This document shows positions 1 through 10,186 of a stretch of DNA of 64,000 nucleotides, in pieces. Within the stretch, counting starts at the first letter, position 1, and each line of letters opens with the position of its first letter. Both the position numbers and the translations under genes were made by a program. The notes under the pieces were generated by a model, which saw nothing but the letters and a program-made list of their open reading frames with translations, made no database searches and was not told the origin of the DNA. The stretch spans positions 9,102-73,101 of the forward strand of contig JBAZUJ010000014.1 in the NCBI GenBank assembly GCA_041661485.1, in the 5' to 3' direction. The DNA comes from Chitinophagaceae bacterium (GTDB lineage: Bacteria; Bacteroidota; Bacteroidia; Chitinophagales; Chitinophagaceae).

Positions 1-591
1 AGTTTTAACGACATACTTGCTCATGAAAAGCTGGAAAAGATACTATACATAGGTCATTCTATGGGCGGATATATGGGGCTGGAATTTGCTTCCCGCTATC
101 CCGAAAAGCTGGCTGGTTTGTCATTGGTTCATTCTTCTCCTTTACCCGATGATGAAGCCAGAGCAGAAGGACGTCGGAAAACAGTCGCCATTTTACAACA
201 AGGAGGCAAACGACTTTTTCTGAAAAAAATGGTCCCTGCCTTGTTTGCACCTGCGTTTTTAGAAAGTAATCCGGAAATTGTTGATCGCCAATTGAATGAA
301 TCAGTTCAGGTAAATGATGAAAGCCTTGCTGCATTTTATAAAGCTATTATGGAGAGAAGGGAAACAACCGCTACAACAAAAAATGCAGGATTTCCGGTTC
401 AGACAATTATAGGCAAAAAAGATTCTATCTCAAATATTACAAAAGAATTAGCAGGAGAGATTCTGGCAAACATTAACTTTGTAAGGGTATATGAAAATAC
501 CGGGCATATGGCCATGCTTGAAAATTCCCGGGAATTAAATGTAGATTTACTTGAATTTGCTGCTTATTGTTGGTCGCGAAATAAGGCATAA
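1..591 (+). CDS. alpha/beta-fold hydrolase (5' end cut by window edge)
   Basis: Frame 1 is open from base 1. The nucleophile-elbow motif G-H-S-M-G-G is encoded at 52-69. Downstream come ...YPEKLAGLSLVHSSP... and ...NTGHMAMLE (catalytic His context). Stop TAA at 589-591. Confidence 0.8.
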   Translation, partial: SFNDILAHEKLEKILYIGHSMGGYMGLEFASRYPEKLAGLSLVHSSPLPDDEARAEGRRKTVAILQQGGKRLFLKKMVPALFAPAFLESNPEIVDRQLNESVQVNDESLAAFYKAIMERRETTATTKNAGFPVQTIIGKKDSISNITKELAGEILANINFVRVYENTGHMAMLENSRELNVDLLEFAAYCWSRNKA

Positions 592-594
592 ACA

Positions 595-2520
595 ATGATT
601 TGGAACCACCGTATATTGAAAACTTTGTTACTGTTAGCTTCCCTTTTTTTAGGCGAGGTTCCGGATAGCTTTGCTTCACATATTGTAGGTGGAGAAGTTA
701 CTTATACTTGCCTGGGCGGTAATATGTACAGGGTTCGGCTTTCCATTTACCGCGATTGTATCGGTGGAATTCCTAATGCTATTTCTGAGGATAATCCTGC
801 TCGTATTGCTATTTATACCACTGCAGGTATGCGGATTTTATTTGACAGTATTTCAGGAAATACCCAAACCGGTGAAATCGTTCCTCCCAATTTTAAAAAT
901 GATTGTGTTAATAATCCTCCTAAAACCTGTCTGAATAAAATGGTTTTTGAAAGAGATTATTTCCTTGATAATTCTTCCACCGGTTTTAAGATTGTATATC
1001 AACGTTGTTGCCGCAATGGCTCCATTTTAAACGTAGTAAACCCCAGCAGTACCGGAGCCACATATTCTTGTATTATTCCTCAAAGAACTGCAGCATTCTG
1101 TAATAATAGCGCTGTATTCAGAAATTTTCCTCCGCAGATTATTTGTGTCAACAATCCTCTGGTTTACGACCACGCTGCATTTGATCCGGATGGCGATTCT
1201 CTGAGTTACGAATTCTGTCAGGCATTTGACGGTGCTTCTGATGGGCAGGCCCGACCTTTTGGAGAGTTTCTGGCAGAACCTTTAACCTATCGCACTCCTT
1301 ATTCATTTCCGCGTCCGATGGCTGGCAATCCGCGTGTGCAAATTGACTCGAAGACTGGCCTGATAACAGGTACACCAAACCTGCAGGGACGGTTTGTTGT
1401 TAGCGTATGCTGTCACGAATGGCGGAATGGCATCCGGATTAATACCACTACACGTGAGTTTCAATTTGTTGTTACCAACTGTTCAAAAGCTGTAGTTGCC
1501 GATATTCCACAATACTCATCAGAATTTAATACCTACATTGTTAATTGCAGAGATACCAAAGTTGATTTTGTGAACACGAGCAAAGGTGGAACAACATACT
1601 TCTGGGATTTTGGCGTGGATGAGTTTTCAGATGATACATCAGTTCAGTTTCAACCTTCTTATACTTATCCTGATTCAGGAAAGTTTGTAGTTACTCTGAT
1701 TGTCAATAAAGGAACTACCTGTTCAGACAGCATTTCCCGTTTTGTAAAAGTTTATCCAAAGCTTAATGTGAATTTTATTTCGAAGGATTTTATTTGCCCC
1801 GGCGACACAATGACCTTTGAAGATATCTCTACCTCCAGCTATTTTATTTATAATCGTTCCTGGAATTTCGATGATTTTTCACCAATTGATACCGGGAAGG
1901 AAGTTCGCCATGTTTTCCCTTATGGTGGTTTGTACAATGTTGGATTGATTGTCGAAAATCTGCAGGGATGTAAGGATACTGTTTTCAGGAAAATTTTGGT
2001 CGATCCTTTTAAGCCCAATATCGGTAAGGACACTACTATTGTGAAAGGAGAAAGGATACTTTTCCCGATTTTCGGCGGAATAAATACTGTCTGGTCTCCG
2101 GGTATTTATTTATCTGATTCAAATGTAAATAATCCGGTTGGTACATTTGTGGATACCGGAACATTTCTTTATACAGTCGTTTCCAAAAGTGAACAGACCG
2201 GATGTTTGGGAAGAGATTCAATAATTGTCCGGGTTTTGAATAATGGTTATCTGGCCGTTCCCAATGCGTTTACACCGAATGGTGATGGCAAAAATGACCG
2301 GTTCCGTCCTTTGCTGGTCGGCTATCAGAAGGTTCGTTTCTTCAGAATTTATAATCGTTATGGAGAATTGGTTTTCGATACCAATAATATAGAAGATGCC
2401 TGGGACGGGACTTTCAATGGACAGCCGGTAGAATTAGGGACTTACTTTTGGTTGATAGGAGTTACCGACAGGTTTGGAAAAGACGCTCAGGAGAAAGGAG
2501 ATGTCATAGTGATCCGGTAG
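595..2520 (+). CDS. T9SS type B sorting (gliding motility-associated C-terminal, CHU_C) domain protein with PKD-like repeats
   Basis: Signal peptide, N-terminal SHIVGGEVTYTC motif and PKD-like segments (FWDFG...YTYPDSGKFVVTLIV). The C-terminus AVPNAFTPNGDGKNDRFRP...WDGTFNGQPVELGTYFW is typical of the CHU_C/type-B sorting domain. Confidence 0.85.
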   Translation: MIWNHRILKTLLLLASLFLGEVPDSFASHIVGGEVTYTCLGGNMYRVRLSIYRDCIGGIPNAISEDNPARIAIYTTAGMRILFDSISGNTQTGEIVPPNFKNDCVNNPPKTCLNKMVFERDYFLDNSSTGFKIVYQRCCRNGSILNVVNPSSTGATYSCIIPQRTAAFCNNSAVFRNFPPQIICVNNPLVYDHAAFDPDGDSLSYEFCQAFDGASDGQARPFGEFLAEPLTYRTPYSFPRPMAGNPRVQIDSKTGLITGTPNLQGRFVVSVCCHEWRNGIRINTTTREFQFVVTNCSKAVVADIPQYSSEFNTYIVNCRDTKVDFVNTSKGGTTYFWDFGVDEFSDDTSVQFQPSYTYPDSGKFVVTLIVNKGTTCSDSISRFVKVYPKLNVNFISKDFICPGDTMTFEDISTSSYFIYNRSWNFDDFSPIDTGKEVRHVFPYGGLYNVGLIVENLQGCKDTVFRKILVDPFKPNIGKDTTIVKGERILFPIFGGINTVWSPGIYLSDSNVNNPVGTFVDTGTFLYTVVSKSEQTGCLGRDSIIVRVLNNGYLAVPNAFTPNGDGKNDRFRPLLVGYQKVRFFRIYNRYGELVFDTNNIEDAWDGTFNGQPVELGTYFWLIGVTDRFGKDAQEKGDVIVIR

Positions 2521-2652
2521 TCCATTTCATCTTTCTAAATGTTCTTTCATTCCGTTTTTTCGTAAAACATTGTTTTTGTAAAAAGAAATGTGGATTTTGC
2601 AGTATAGTATTTGCAGATACTTACTTTCCGTATTTTTTTTAAAACGAACTGA

Positions 2653-5085
2653 ATGAAAAAAATCTTTGCCGGATTATTTCTGGCTATTCCTTTTCTGTCT
2701 TTTGCCCAACATTCTTACCGGTCATATCTTAAGGATAATACTAGCTATCGCGAACATCCGCTGGATATTACCAGGATGAAGGTTGAATTGAATTTTGTTC
2801 CTGAAAATGGATTGGTAAAGGGGAAGGTTACACATAGTTTTGTGGTGTTGCAAAAAGAGGTGGATTCCATCTTTTTTGACGGGCCAGCTATCCATATTAA
2901 ATCAGCAAAACTTAATGGGCAGCCTTTAGCATTTCATGCCGTTCCGACCGGGATTTGGGTTGAACCAAAACATCCACTGAAATGGGATGAGGAAGGAACT
3001 ATCGTTTTTGAATACGAAGCCAGTCCGCGAAAAGGAATTTATTTCATTGGCTGGAATGTTCCCGAAAATCCGGTTCAGAATCCATTTGCTGTAAGAAAAC
3101 AAATCTGGACGCAAGGGCAGGGCATAGATAATCGTCATTGGATACCAATGTATGATGACATGAACGACAAATTCATCACAGAGACCATCGTGACATTTGA
3201 TAAAGATTATCAGGTATTGTCAAATGGACTATTGCAAAGCAAAACAGTGAATGCAAACAATACCATCACCTGGCATTACGCCATGAGTAAACCTCATGCA
3301 GGTTATCTGCTGATGCTGGGTATAGGTAAATATGGTATTAAGAAAACAAGCAGCCGCAGTGGTGTGCCGATGAATCTTTATTACTATCCTGAATTTGCAG
3401 ACAGGGCAGAGCCGACTTATCGTCATTCAGAACGACTTGTTGATTTTCTGGAGAAGGAAACCGGAGTTAAATATCCATGGGAATCTTATTCACAGATTAT
3501 GGTGCAGGATTTTATGTATGGTGCGATGGAAAACACGACTGCTACAATTTTTGGAGATTTTTTTAATGTAGACGAAAGAGGTTTTCTGGACAGGAATTAT
3601 GTAGGCGTGAATTGTCATGAGTTAACTCACCAATGGTTTGGTGATTGTATTACCGCTCGCGACGGAAGAGATACCTGGCTTCAGGAAAGCTATGCAACCT
3701 ATTTTCCAAAGCAATTTACAAATGAATGGTTGGGAAAACATGAGTATGACTGGCAGCGCAGAGCAGAGCAAAATACGGCACTTGAAGCCAGTAAGAAAGA
3801 TAAAAATCCAATTCGTTTTTCTGCTGCAGGTACGGCCCGTGTTTATCAGAAAGGCTCTTCTGTAATCAGTATGTTGAGTTATGTTCTGGGCGAGGAACAA
3901 TGGAAGCGTGCCTTAAATCATTATCTGAAACAACATGCTTATGGAAATGTTGAAACAAATGATTTGCAGCAAGCCATACAGGACAAACTGGGGCTTGATT
4001 TGAGCTGGTTTTTTGAAGAGTGGATTATGCACGGCGGCGAGCCGGAATATACGATTCAATATGAATCTTCAAAAAGTTCAGATGGAAAACCTTGTACCAA
4101 AATTACAGTTCAGCAAACACATGCCAGAGATGAAGTGGTGGGCCTTTTCAAAATGCCGGTTGCTTTTGAAGTGCACTATGCCGATGGTTCAAAGGATGTT
4201 TTAAAACAGACGATTGAAAAGGCGTTTGAAGTGGTGAACGTACCCAACAAAGGTGGTAAACGTATTGCATTCGTACTGTTCGATCCAAACTCGCGTATTC
4301 TGAAAAGTGTGGTTTTCAAAAAGGAATTCAAAGAGTTAAAATCGCAGGTCTTGAATGCTCCGCATATGTTGGACCGATATGATGCATTACTTGCTTTGAA
4401 GGCTTTTCCGGTAGAAAAGAAGAGAGATTTACTGCTACAGGTTTTTGCTGCGGAGAAATTTCATCAAATGAAAGCTGAAGTGGTAAACCAACTGATTAAT
4501 GATGGTGAATCCGCACCTGAATTGCAAGAGGTGTTTCAGATGACTGCCGGTTCCGCAAAGCTTTCAGCTATTAAAGGCTTAACGGGAAAAAGTAATAGCT
4601 GGAAAAGGATTTTTATCGGAGCGCTGAAAGATTCCAGTTATGAAGTGGTACAAAATGCGCTGGAAAAACTCTGTAAAACTTATCCCGCTGAAGCGTCTGT
4701 TTTTCTTGCGGCAACCAGCCGGGAAATGGGAATGAATAACAGTTTGAATATTAAGTGGCACGAAATGGCTGCTACTTATACCCGGGAAAAAGAACAGAGT
4801 ATTGCTGCCTTGGTGAATTATACATCAGCCGCATGGGAGTTCAGGACACGCGCCAATGCGTTTAACGCTATCAAGCCTTTGGCTTTTTGCAATGAAGATT
4901 TAATCGGAAATTTATTTGACGCCATGCTTAGCACAAATGGCCGTTTAGCTGCTCCGGCGGTGCAGTTAATTGATTTCATTTCGCAACAATCGCAGTATAA
5001 GATAATGATTGCTGAATATTATAAAGCGCACAATTGGAAGGATTGGCAAAAGGAAATTCTTAAGAAAAACATGAGCTTTCTTTAA
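2653..5085 (+). CDS. M1-family zinc aminopeptidase with C-terminal helical extension
   Basis: Signal peptide, GAMEN exopeptidase motif (YGAMENTT) and HELTH-X18-E zincin motif (HELTHQWFGDCITARDGRDTWLQE). Confidence 0.9.
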   Translation: MKKIFAGLFLAIPFLSFAQHSYRSYLKDNTSYREHPLDITRMKVELNFVPENGLVKGKVTHSFVVLQKEVDSIFFDGPAIHIKSAKLNGQPLAFHAVPTGIWVEPKHPLKWDEEGTIVFEYEASPRKGIYFIGWNVPENPVQNPFAVRKQIWTQGQGIDNRHWIPMYDDMNDKFITETIVTFDKDYQVLSNGLLQSKTVNANNTITWHYAMSKPHAGYLLMLGIGKYGIKKTSSRSGVPMNLYYYPEFADRAEPTYRHSERLVDFLEKETGVKYPWESYSQIMVQDFMYGAMENTTATIFGDFFNVDERGFLDRNYVGVNCHELTHQWFGDCITARDGRDTWLQESYATYFPKQFTNEWLGKHEYDWQRRAEQNTALEASKKDKNPIRFSAAGTARVYQKGSSVISMLSYVLGEEQWKRALNHYLKQHAYGNVETNDLQQAIQDKLGLDLSWFFEEWIMHGGEPEYTIQYESSKSSDGKPCTKITVQQTHARDEVVGLFKMPVAFEVHYADGSKDVLKQTIEKAFEVVNVPNKGGKRIAFVLFDPNSRILKSVVFKKEFKELKSQVLNAPHMLDRYDALLALKAFPVEKKRDLLLQVFAAEKFHQMKAEVVNQLINDGESAPELQEVFQMTAGSAKLSAIKGLTGKSNSWKRIFIGALKDSSYEVVQNALEKLCKTYPAEASVFLAATSREMGMNNSLNIKWHEMAATYTREKEQSIAALVNYTSAAWEFRTRANAFNAIKPLAFCNEDLIGNLFDAMLSTNGRLAAPAVQLIDFISQQSQYKIMIAEYYKAHNWKDWQKEILKKNMSFL

Positions 5086-5121
5086 GTAAAATGTTTTAAA
5101 AGTCACACCATTTATTCGATT

Positions 5122-5156
5122 GCCCCCAAAGTCAGACACTTTTGGGGGCATTTTTA
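5122..5156 (+). terminator. intrinsic terminator after M1 peptidase gene
   Basis: 9-bp stem GCCCCCAAA (5122-5130) / TTTGGGGGC (5141-5149), followed by a T-run at 5151-5155. Confidence 0.7.
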
Positions 5157-5297
5157 TGATATAAACTTCCTTTACAACCTTGAGATTATATAAGCACATT
5201 TTATAATCCTGTAAGGTGTCAACATACTGAATAGATTTCCTTTGTATCAGGTTTTTCAGCTTAAGGACGTTGAAAATCATTAAAACAGAATTGATAT

Positions 5298-5573
5298 TTG
5301 AATTCCTCTTTAATCAATATAATTGGTGTTTCTGCAAGTATTTGCACTGCAATATCCTTGTTGCCTCAATTGTTTAAGATTTATAGAGAAAAAAAGAGAG
5401 GAGATACATCTTTATTGATGTTGGGGGGGGGGGGGTTAGGAAACGGATTATGGGTTTTGTATGGAATTCAGAAAAATGACTGGATTATAATATGCTCGAA
5501 TTCGTTTTCTGTAATGGTAAATATTGTGTTGTCGTTTTTGCTTATTAAATACAAGAATAAATGCAAGGAATGA
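5298..5573 (+). CDS. SemiSWEET / PQ-loop small membrane transporter-like protein
   Basis: 91 aa with three hydrophobic segments and the LLPQLFKIY PQ-loop motif. The apparent start is TTG. The CDS contains the in-frame G13 tract. Confidence 0.65.
   Translation: MNSSLINIIGVSASICTAISLLPQLFKIYREKKRGDTSLLMLGGGGLGNGLWVLYGIQKNDWIIICSNSFSVMVNIVLSFLLIKYKNKCKE
5423..5435 (+). repeat. G13 homopolymer inside the SemiSWEET-like CDS
   Basis: Direct count of 13 consecutive G, encoding the Gly-Gly-Gly-Gly of ...MLGGGGLGNG... Confidence 0.95.
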
Positions 5574-6094
5574 TTTATAGTTATTACGTTGTTGTGCCGC
5601 ATAAAGTGAATGAGAATGGACAATTCCCCAATTCGGACTTGCCGGTTCTTCATTATAAAAAAGCATTTGATTCACCATGGTTTTTTCCGGTATTCAGGGT
5701 CAAACGATTGTTGGCCAGAAATGGTTGGAGAAACGCACGGGTAAATGATGTTCATAATGAAGAGCATTATCACAGTAATACCCACGAGTTATTGGGTATT
5801 ATAAGAGGAAAAATACGAATGCAGGTAGGTGGGAATGCCGGGGTTGAGTTAGTGTTGTGCAAAGGAGATATTTTATTGATTCCAGCAGGTATAGCCCATA
5901 AAAAACTTCAGACTACTGAATATTTCAGTTGCATAGGAGCTTATCCGGACGGTGTAGAATTTGATTTGAATTATCAGAAGTACGAGCAACATTCATCGGA
6001 AGCCGAAAAAATAAAATCAGTCAGTATCCCAGACAGAGATCCTGTTACAGGCCAGTTGGGAAAGCTCCATCAATTTTGGGTCAACCAGTTATAA
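5561..6094 (+). CDS. cupin-domain protein (YjlB-like)
   Basis: NSDLPVLHYKKAF N-terminal motif. Cupin motifs EHYHSNTHELLGIIRG and ...LLIPAGIAHK. The start may be ATG 5570 rather than 5561. Confidence 0.7.
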   Translation: MQGMIYSYYVVVPHKVNENGQFPNSDLPVLHYKKAFDSPWFFPVFRVKRLLARNGWRNARVNDVHNEEHYHSNTHELLGIIRGKIRMQVGGNAGVELVLCKGDILLIPAGIAHKKLQTTEYFSCIGAYPDGVEFDLNYQKYEQHSSEAEKIKSVSIPDRDPVTGQLGKLHQFWVNQL

Positions 6095-6157
6095 TACATT
6101 GATGTTTCTTGTTTCAAAAAGGACTTCATTTTTTCTTCACCTTTTAATAATTATTTT

Positions 6158-6451
6158 ATGAAAAATGTACTATTGTTTTTGTTAGTTGTGTTCAGCCTTG
6201 ATGCAAGTGCTCAGGATGTTATTGGTAAAAGAACAAAGAAAAGAACTGCTACGAAGGCGAAAGCGCAGCCTCTTGTTGCAAAAAGGGAAGCCGAGGCTTA
6301 TCCGTCCCGCAATGGTGTAATAAAAGCGCGTGAAATGGGTGATAATGAAAAAATCGACTCAATTCAAAAGTCCGATATTCAACCCTCTCATGTCAATAAA
6401 AATTATAACGAAAGTGTTCCGCCGCTTAGTCCCAGCAACGGTGGCAATTAG
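6158..6451 (+). CDS. hypothetical secreted protein
   Basis: ORF with a clear signal peptide (MKNVLLFLLVVFSLDASAQ). No recognised domain. Confidence 0.5.
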   Translation: MKNVLLFLLVVFSLDASAQDVIGKRTKKRTATKAKAQPLVAKREAEAYPSRNGVIKAREMGDNEKIDSIQKSDIQPSHVNKNYNESVPPLSPSNGGN

Positions 6452-6482
6452 AGTGTTTCTGGCAATCTTTTAATCAAAAAAA

Positions 6483-6671
6483 ATGTGTTTTATGAAAAAT
6501 AATGAGCAAGCCAAAGAACAGCAAAAGCAACATATGCTGAATGAAAAACAAAAAGTTGCTGAATCTGATTATGACCTCAAAGGAACTGCTGCAGGTAAGG
6601 ATCAGGCACTGAAAGAGTCTGTAAAAAATAAAATCCAGACTCCTCATCATTCCGGCACAAGAGGGAAATAG
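6483..6671 (+). CDS. small hydrophilic hypothetical protein
   Basis: 62-aa Lys/Gln/Glu-rich ORF. Supported only by ORF presence and its strand context. Confidence 0.3.
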   Translation: MCFMKNNEQAKEQQKQHMLNEKQKVAESDYDLKGTAAGKDQALKESVKNKIQTPHHSGTRGK

Positions 6672-6818
6672 AATCACTTAAACTCAGGTGTATAAAGGTA
6701 TCGGTCGTTGTGAACCCTGTTTTTTCTGGGTGCCTACGATTTGATGCCTTTTTATTTGCTTATTCTGAAGAAAAAAATCCGCAATTGATAATTTTATAAT
6801 TTTATAAAAATATTTTTT

Positions 6819-7556
6819 ATGAAATTGTTACAGCCTATAGTTGGTGCATTACTGGTAACTAGCCTATTGTTTTCTTTCGGTTGTGGAAGCAATAATAATT
6901 CTTCAGATAAAATGAACGATAAGAATTCTGAAGACAGCACTACAGTGATTTCTGCCGAAAAGCCTGCAAGCTCTGCCGATACTTTAACTCCTGCCTATTG
7001 CTGTATAAAGCTGGATATAGAAAAGATGAATTCGATTTACAGAGGTATCAGTCATAATATTTTTATAGCTGCCTCAGCCGAAGCTGCTGTCTCATGCAGT
7101 AATGGTGAATTACTGCATGGTGATAAAGCAGGGAAATTTTCTATTCTGGCTAAAGAAGGTGAAGAATCAACGATAACAGTAAAGGAAAACAATGGGTGCG
7201 AGCAAACCTTTAATTTGCGTTTAAAGAAAATACCTGATCCTGTTATTTATTTTGGTACTATCAAAGGGTCCGGGCAAATGACAAAAGCAGAACTTTTTTC
7301 ACAGAATGGTATTTTTGCCCGAATGGAAAATTTTGATTTCGACATTCGTTTCAGGGTAGTGAGTTTTGTGCTGACCATGAATATTAATGGTGTTTATGTA
7401 GAGAAGAAAAGCGAAGGGTCAGTTATTACTCCTGATATGAAAAGTATGCTGGCAGGTGCAAGGCCCGGCAGCAAAGTACTGATAGAACAAGTCAAAGTTC
7501 AAGGGCCGGATAGTTTGATCAGAAGTATATCTGGTGTTATTATTACCGTTCGGTAA
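6819..7556 (+). CDS. lipoprotein with GldM C-terminal-like domains
   Basis: Lipobox ...LLFSFGC. The C-terminal half KKIPDPVIYFG...MENFDFDIRFRVVSFVLTMN...GSKVLIEQVKVQGPD...ISGVIITV follows the pattern I recall for the last two domains of GldM (IPxPV ... DFDFD ... V.SF ... G..i.i). Confidence 0.6.
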   Translation: MKLLQPIVGALLVTSLLFSFGCGSNNNSSDKMNDKNSEDSTTVISAEKPASSADTLTPAYCCIKLDIEKMNSIYRGISHNIFIAASAEAAVSCSNGELLHGDKAGKFSILAKEGEESTITVKENNGCEQTFNLRLKKIPDPVIYFGTIKGSGQMTKAELFSQNGIFARMENFDFDIRFRVVSFVLTMNINGVYVEKKSEGSVITPDMKSMLAGARPGSKVLIEQVKVQGPDSLIRSISGVIITVR

Positions 7557-7561
7557 AAGCT

Positions 7562-10018
7562 TTATCTGAGTAACGTAATCTCACCTTTAAACAGTTTCTC
7601 TTCATCATCCTGCGCTTCAAATTTTACCTTTAGCATATAAAAATATACACCACCATCTAATGGAGTACCGTTTGAGGTGCCATCCCATTTGTCGTTTGGA
7701 TTGATACTGGAATATACTTCCTGCCCCCAGCGGCTCAGTATTTTGATTTGATAGCTGACCGGCGGACAATTAAATATTGGTTTGAAATAATCATTGATTC
7801 CGTCATTGTTGGGCGTAAAACCGCTTGGGAAAGCTGTGCAATTATCGCAGTTAACGAAATTGATTTTCACTTCGGATTTTCCACTGCAGGCATCTTTAAA
7901 AATGGTAATGCCATAGTTCCCACTTTCAGAAACTTCGATGGATTGGCTTGTCGCTCCGGTCGACCATTTGTAGGATACATTATCTATATCAGCTTTTAAG
8001 ATTGTTTTGGTTCCTTTGCAAAGTGAGGTGTCTTCCCCGATATTCACTTTCATCGGGAACTGTTTGACATTTACAGAATCTATAAGAGTACAACCATTCA
8101 CTGTTATAAAAACATACATTGATCCTTTTGTTGCTTTCAGCTTAGCAGTTGTATCACCAACATTCCATCTATAGGCTGCGGCGGGGTTGGGAATGGTTGC
8201 ATCCAGGATAATAGTGTCTTCGTTGCATGTAGAAGTGTCGGGGATATTGCTTGAAAAGTTGACAAAAGAAACGGTGTAATCCTGTTTTGAAATATTACAG
8301 TTAATAGTGTCTTTAGCCACAACTATGACCCGGCCGTTAGAATATAATGTTGTGTCTGTTCCTGTATTGCCGCCGTTCCATAGGTAGGTTTGAAAGGTGT
8401 TGGGAATGATAATTTTTGCTGAAGGTTTGAAACAAATGGATGTGTCTTTGGTTATATTAGTAACTTTTGACGGTTTTACAGTAACGTTAAATGTGTCGAC
8501 ACTTTGTGTACATTTTTTGTGGCTTTTTACCCAAATGTTGTAGGTGCTTGCAGCAAAGATTTTACTTTCCACTTTGCTCCCATCATACCATAGTATCGAA
8601 TCTGAACCCGGTCTGGCTCTTAATTCTATTAATCCTGACTCGCAAAATGAGGTGCTTTTGGTGGAGAAATTAGAGTCGAGATTTTGTTCAATTATATGAA
8701 ATGTGTCTCTTGTCACCAGGCAGCCATTTTCAGACTTTACCCAATAGTCCGATGTGGCAGAAGGTAGAGTTCTCTCGCCTAAGGTTAGTCCGTCAGACCA
8801 TAAAAAATTTGCAGTTCCGGCACTTTTAATCTTTATTGTTTTGCCACTGCAAATTGTATCTGTATGGGTTTTAATGCCAATTTTATTTACCCCATGTGGT
8901 ACAAATCTATTTCCAAATCCATACGAGAAGCTGGTTGCAGTAATAGAAGTAGTCAAAAAATTAAGTTGAAAATTACAGCCAGCACCTTTTGTATTTGGGT
9001 TTTGAATTCTTGAAAAGTTGGTCGGAAGAATATCTGTATAGACATAAATCATATCGTCAGGCCCTATCTTGAATCCTGCCGAAGTGCCATTATATACTTT
9101 GTATTTCGAAAGTGCTATTGCCGAAGGACTTCCTGCAGTCAGGTCATATTGATAAATCCCTCCGCTTGGCCAAAAACCAACGTACAATAATTTCCCGTCA
9201 GGAGAGAATTCTACGCCATACAAGTTTTTTCCTAAGGTAGAGTCAAATACGCTGAATCCACTCACAATTCCGGTATTGACATCAAAATCAAAAAGCTCAC
9301 ATCCCGGGTTGCCATTGATGTTTACTGCCGCAATTTTTGAAAAATCCTTCGAGATTTTCATTTCCCCGATTGTGTAATCATTTGTAAAATATTTTGAACC
9401 AACTTTGGACACTACCGGAGCCCCAATTGTAGTGGAACCGTCCAGTAAGTAGGCATAGAATATTGCAGAATCTCGATGGTGGGTAATTAGCCATTGTTTA
9501 GGGCAATAGCCGGCTATTACAGCTTTTTCACTCATCGCTGATCTGATAGGCAGGTTCTTCACTCCTGCTACAACATCTCCTTTCCCCCCATTCAGATTCA
9601 TGTTTATTAAAGAGTATTTTAACTCTCCGGGAGTTCCTTTTGCCCTGATGGTAAAAAGAAAATACAGACTGTCATTTCCCAATAAAGAACAAACAATGTA
9701 TCCCTGGGTTGAGGAGAAATCACCACTGATACTTGTGCCATTTGGCATTGCTGTGTGGGTTCTGTCAAATACAGTATACTTGCCGCAATAAAACAAAAGG
9801 CTACCTGTTTTACTGCATACTGTTGCACATCCTTCCGATGCCTCGCTGGCAGAGGTGAAAAACACCGGAGAACCAGTGCTGAAATCCATTCCATGGGATT
9901 CACCGAAGCACCAGATATTGTTTTCGCCCTGCGCAAAAGCACCAGCAGACAGCAATACAAGAAGAATGGAAATAAGTAAATGTTTTGTTTTCAAAAGATA
10001 GGATATAAGGCAAATCAA
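7562..10018 (-). CDS. T9SS type B sorting (CHU_C) domain surface protein
   Basis: The C-terminus FPSGFTPNNDGINDYFKPIF...WDGTSNGTPLDGGVYFY matches the CHU_C domain, and the N-terminus has a signal peptide. The track start at 10018 is TTG. An in-frame TTG at 9994 gives MKTKHLLISILLVLLSAGAFAQ and is at least as plausible. Confidence 0.85.
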   Translation of the reverse strand: MICLISYLLKTKHLLISILLVLLSAGAFAQGENNIWCFGESHGMDFSTGSPVFFTSASEASEGCATVCSKTGSLLFYCGKYTVFDRTHTAMPNGTSISGDFSSTQGYIVCSLLGNDSLYFLFTIRAKGTPGELKYSLINMNLNGGKGDVVAGVKNLPIRSAMSEKAVIAGYCPKQWLITHHRDSAIFYAYLLDGSTTIGAPVVSKVGSKYFTNDYTIGEMKISKDFSKIAAVNINGNPGCELFDFDVNTGIVSGFSVFDSTLGKNLYGVEFSPDGKLLYVGFWPSGGIYQYDLTAGSPSAIALSKYKVYNGTSAGFKIGPDDMIYVYTDILPTNFSRIQNPNTKGAGCNFQLNFLTTSITATSFSYGFGNRFVPHGVNKIGIKTHTDTICSGKTIKIKSAGTANFLWSDGLTLGERTLPSATSDYWVKSENGCLVTRDTFHIIEQNLDSNFSTKSTSFCESGLIELRARPGSDSILWYDGSKVESKIFAASTYNIWVKSHKKCTQSVDTFNVTVKPSKVTNITKDTSICFKPSAKIIIPNTFQTYLWNGGNTGTDTTLYSNGRVIVVAKDTINCNISKQDYTVSFVNFSSNIPDTSTCNEDTIILDATIPNPAAAYRWNVGDTTAKLKATKGSMYVFITVNGCTLIDSVNVKQFPMKVNIGEDTSLCKGTKTILKADIDNVSYKWSTGATSQSIEVSESGNYGITIFKDACSGKSEVKINFVNCDNCTAFPSGFTPNNDGINDYFKPIFNCPPVSYQIKILSRWGQEVYSSINPNDKWDGTSNGTPLDGGVYFYMLKVKFEAQDDEEKLFKGEITLLR

Positions 10019-10186
10019 ATTTAGTGATATTATATATATAATGCAATGCTAAACTGAAATTTCTTTACTTTCATTGAAAATCATTACCGGAAACGCTTAA
10101 ATTGTTCAGGCTTCAGTTACAATTCGCTTTTTCCCTGCCAAAAACCTTACTTTTGCCGCGTTTTAAAAGCATATCATTTTTAATTT

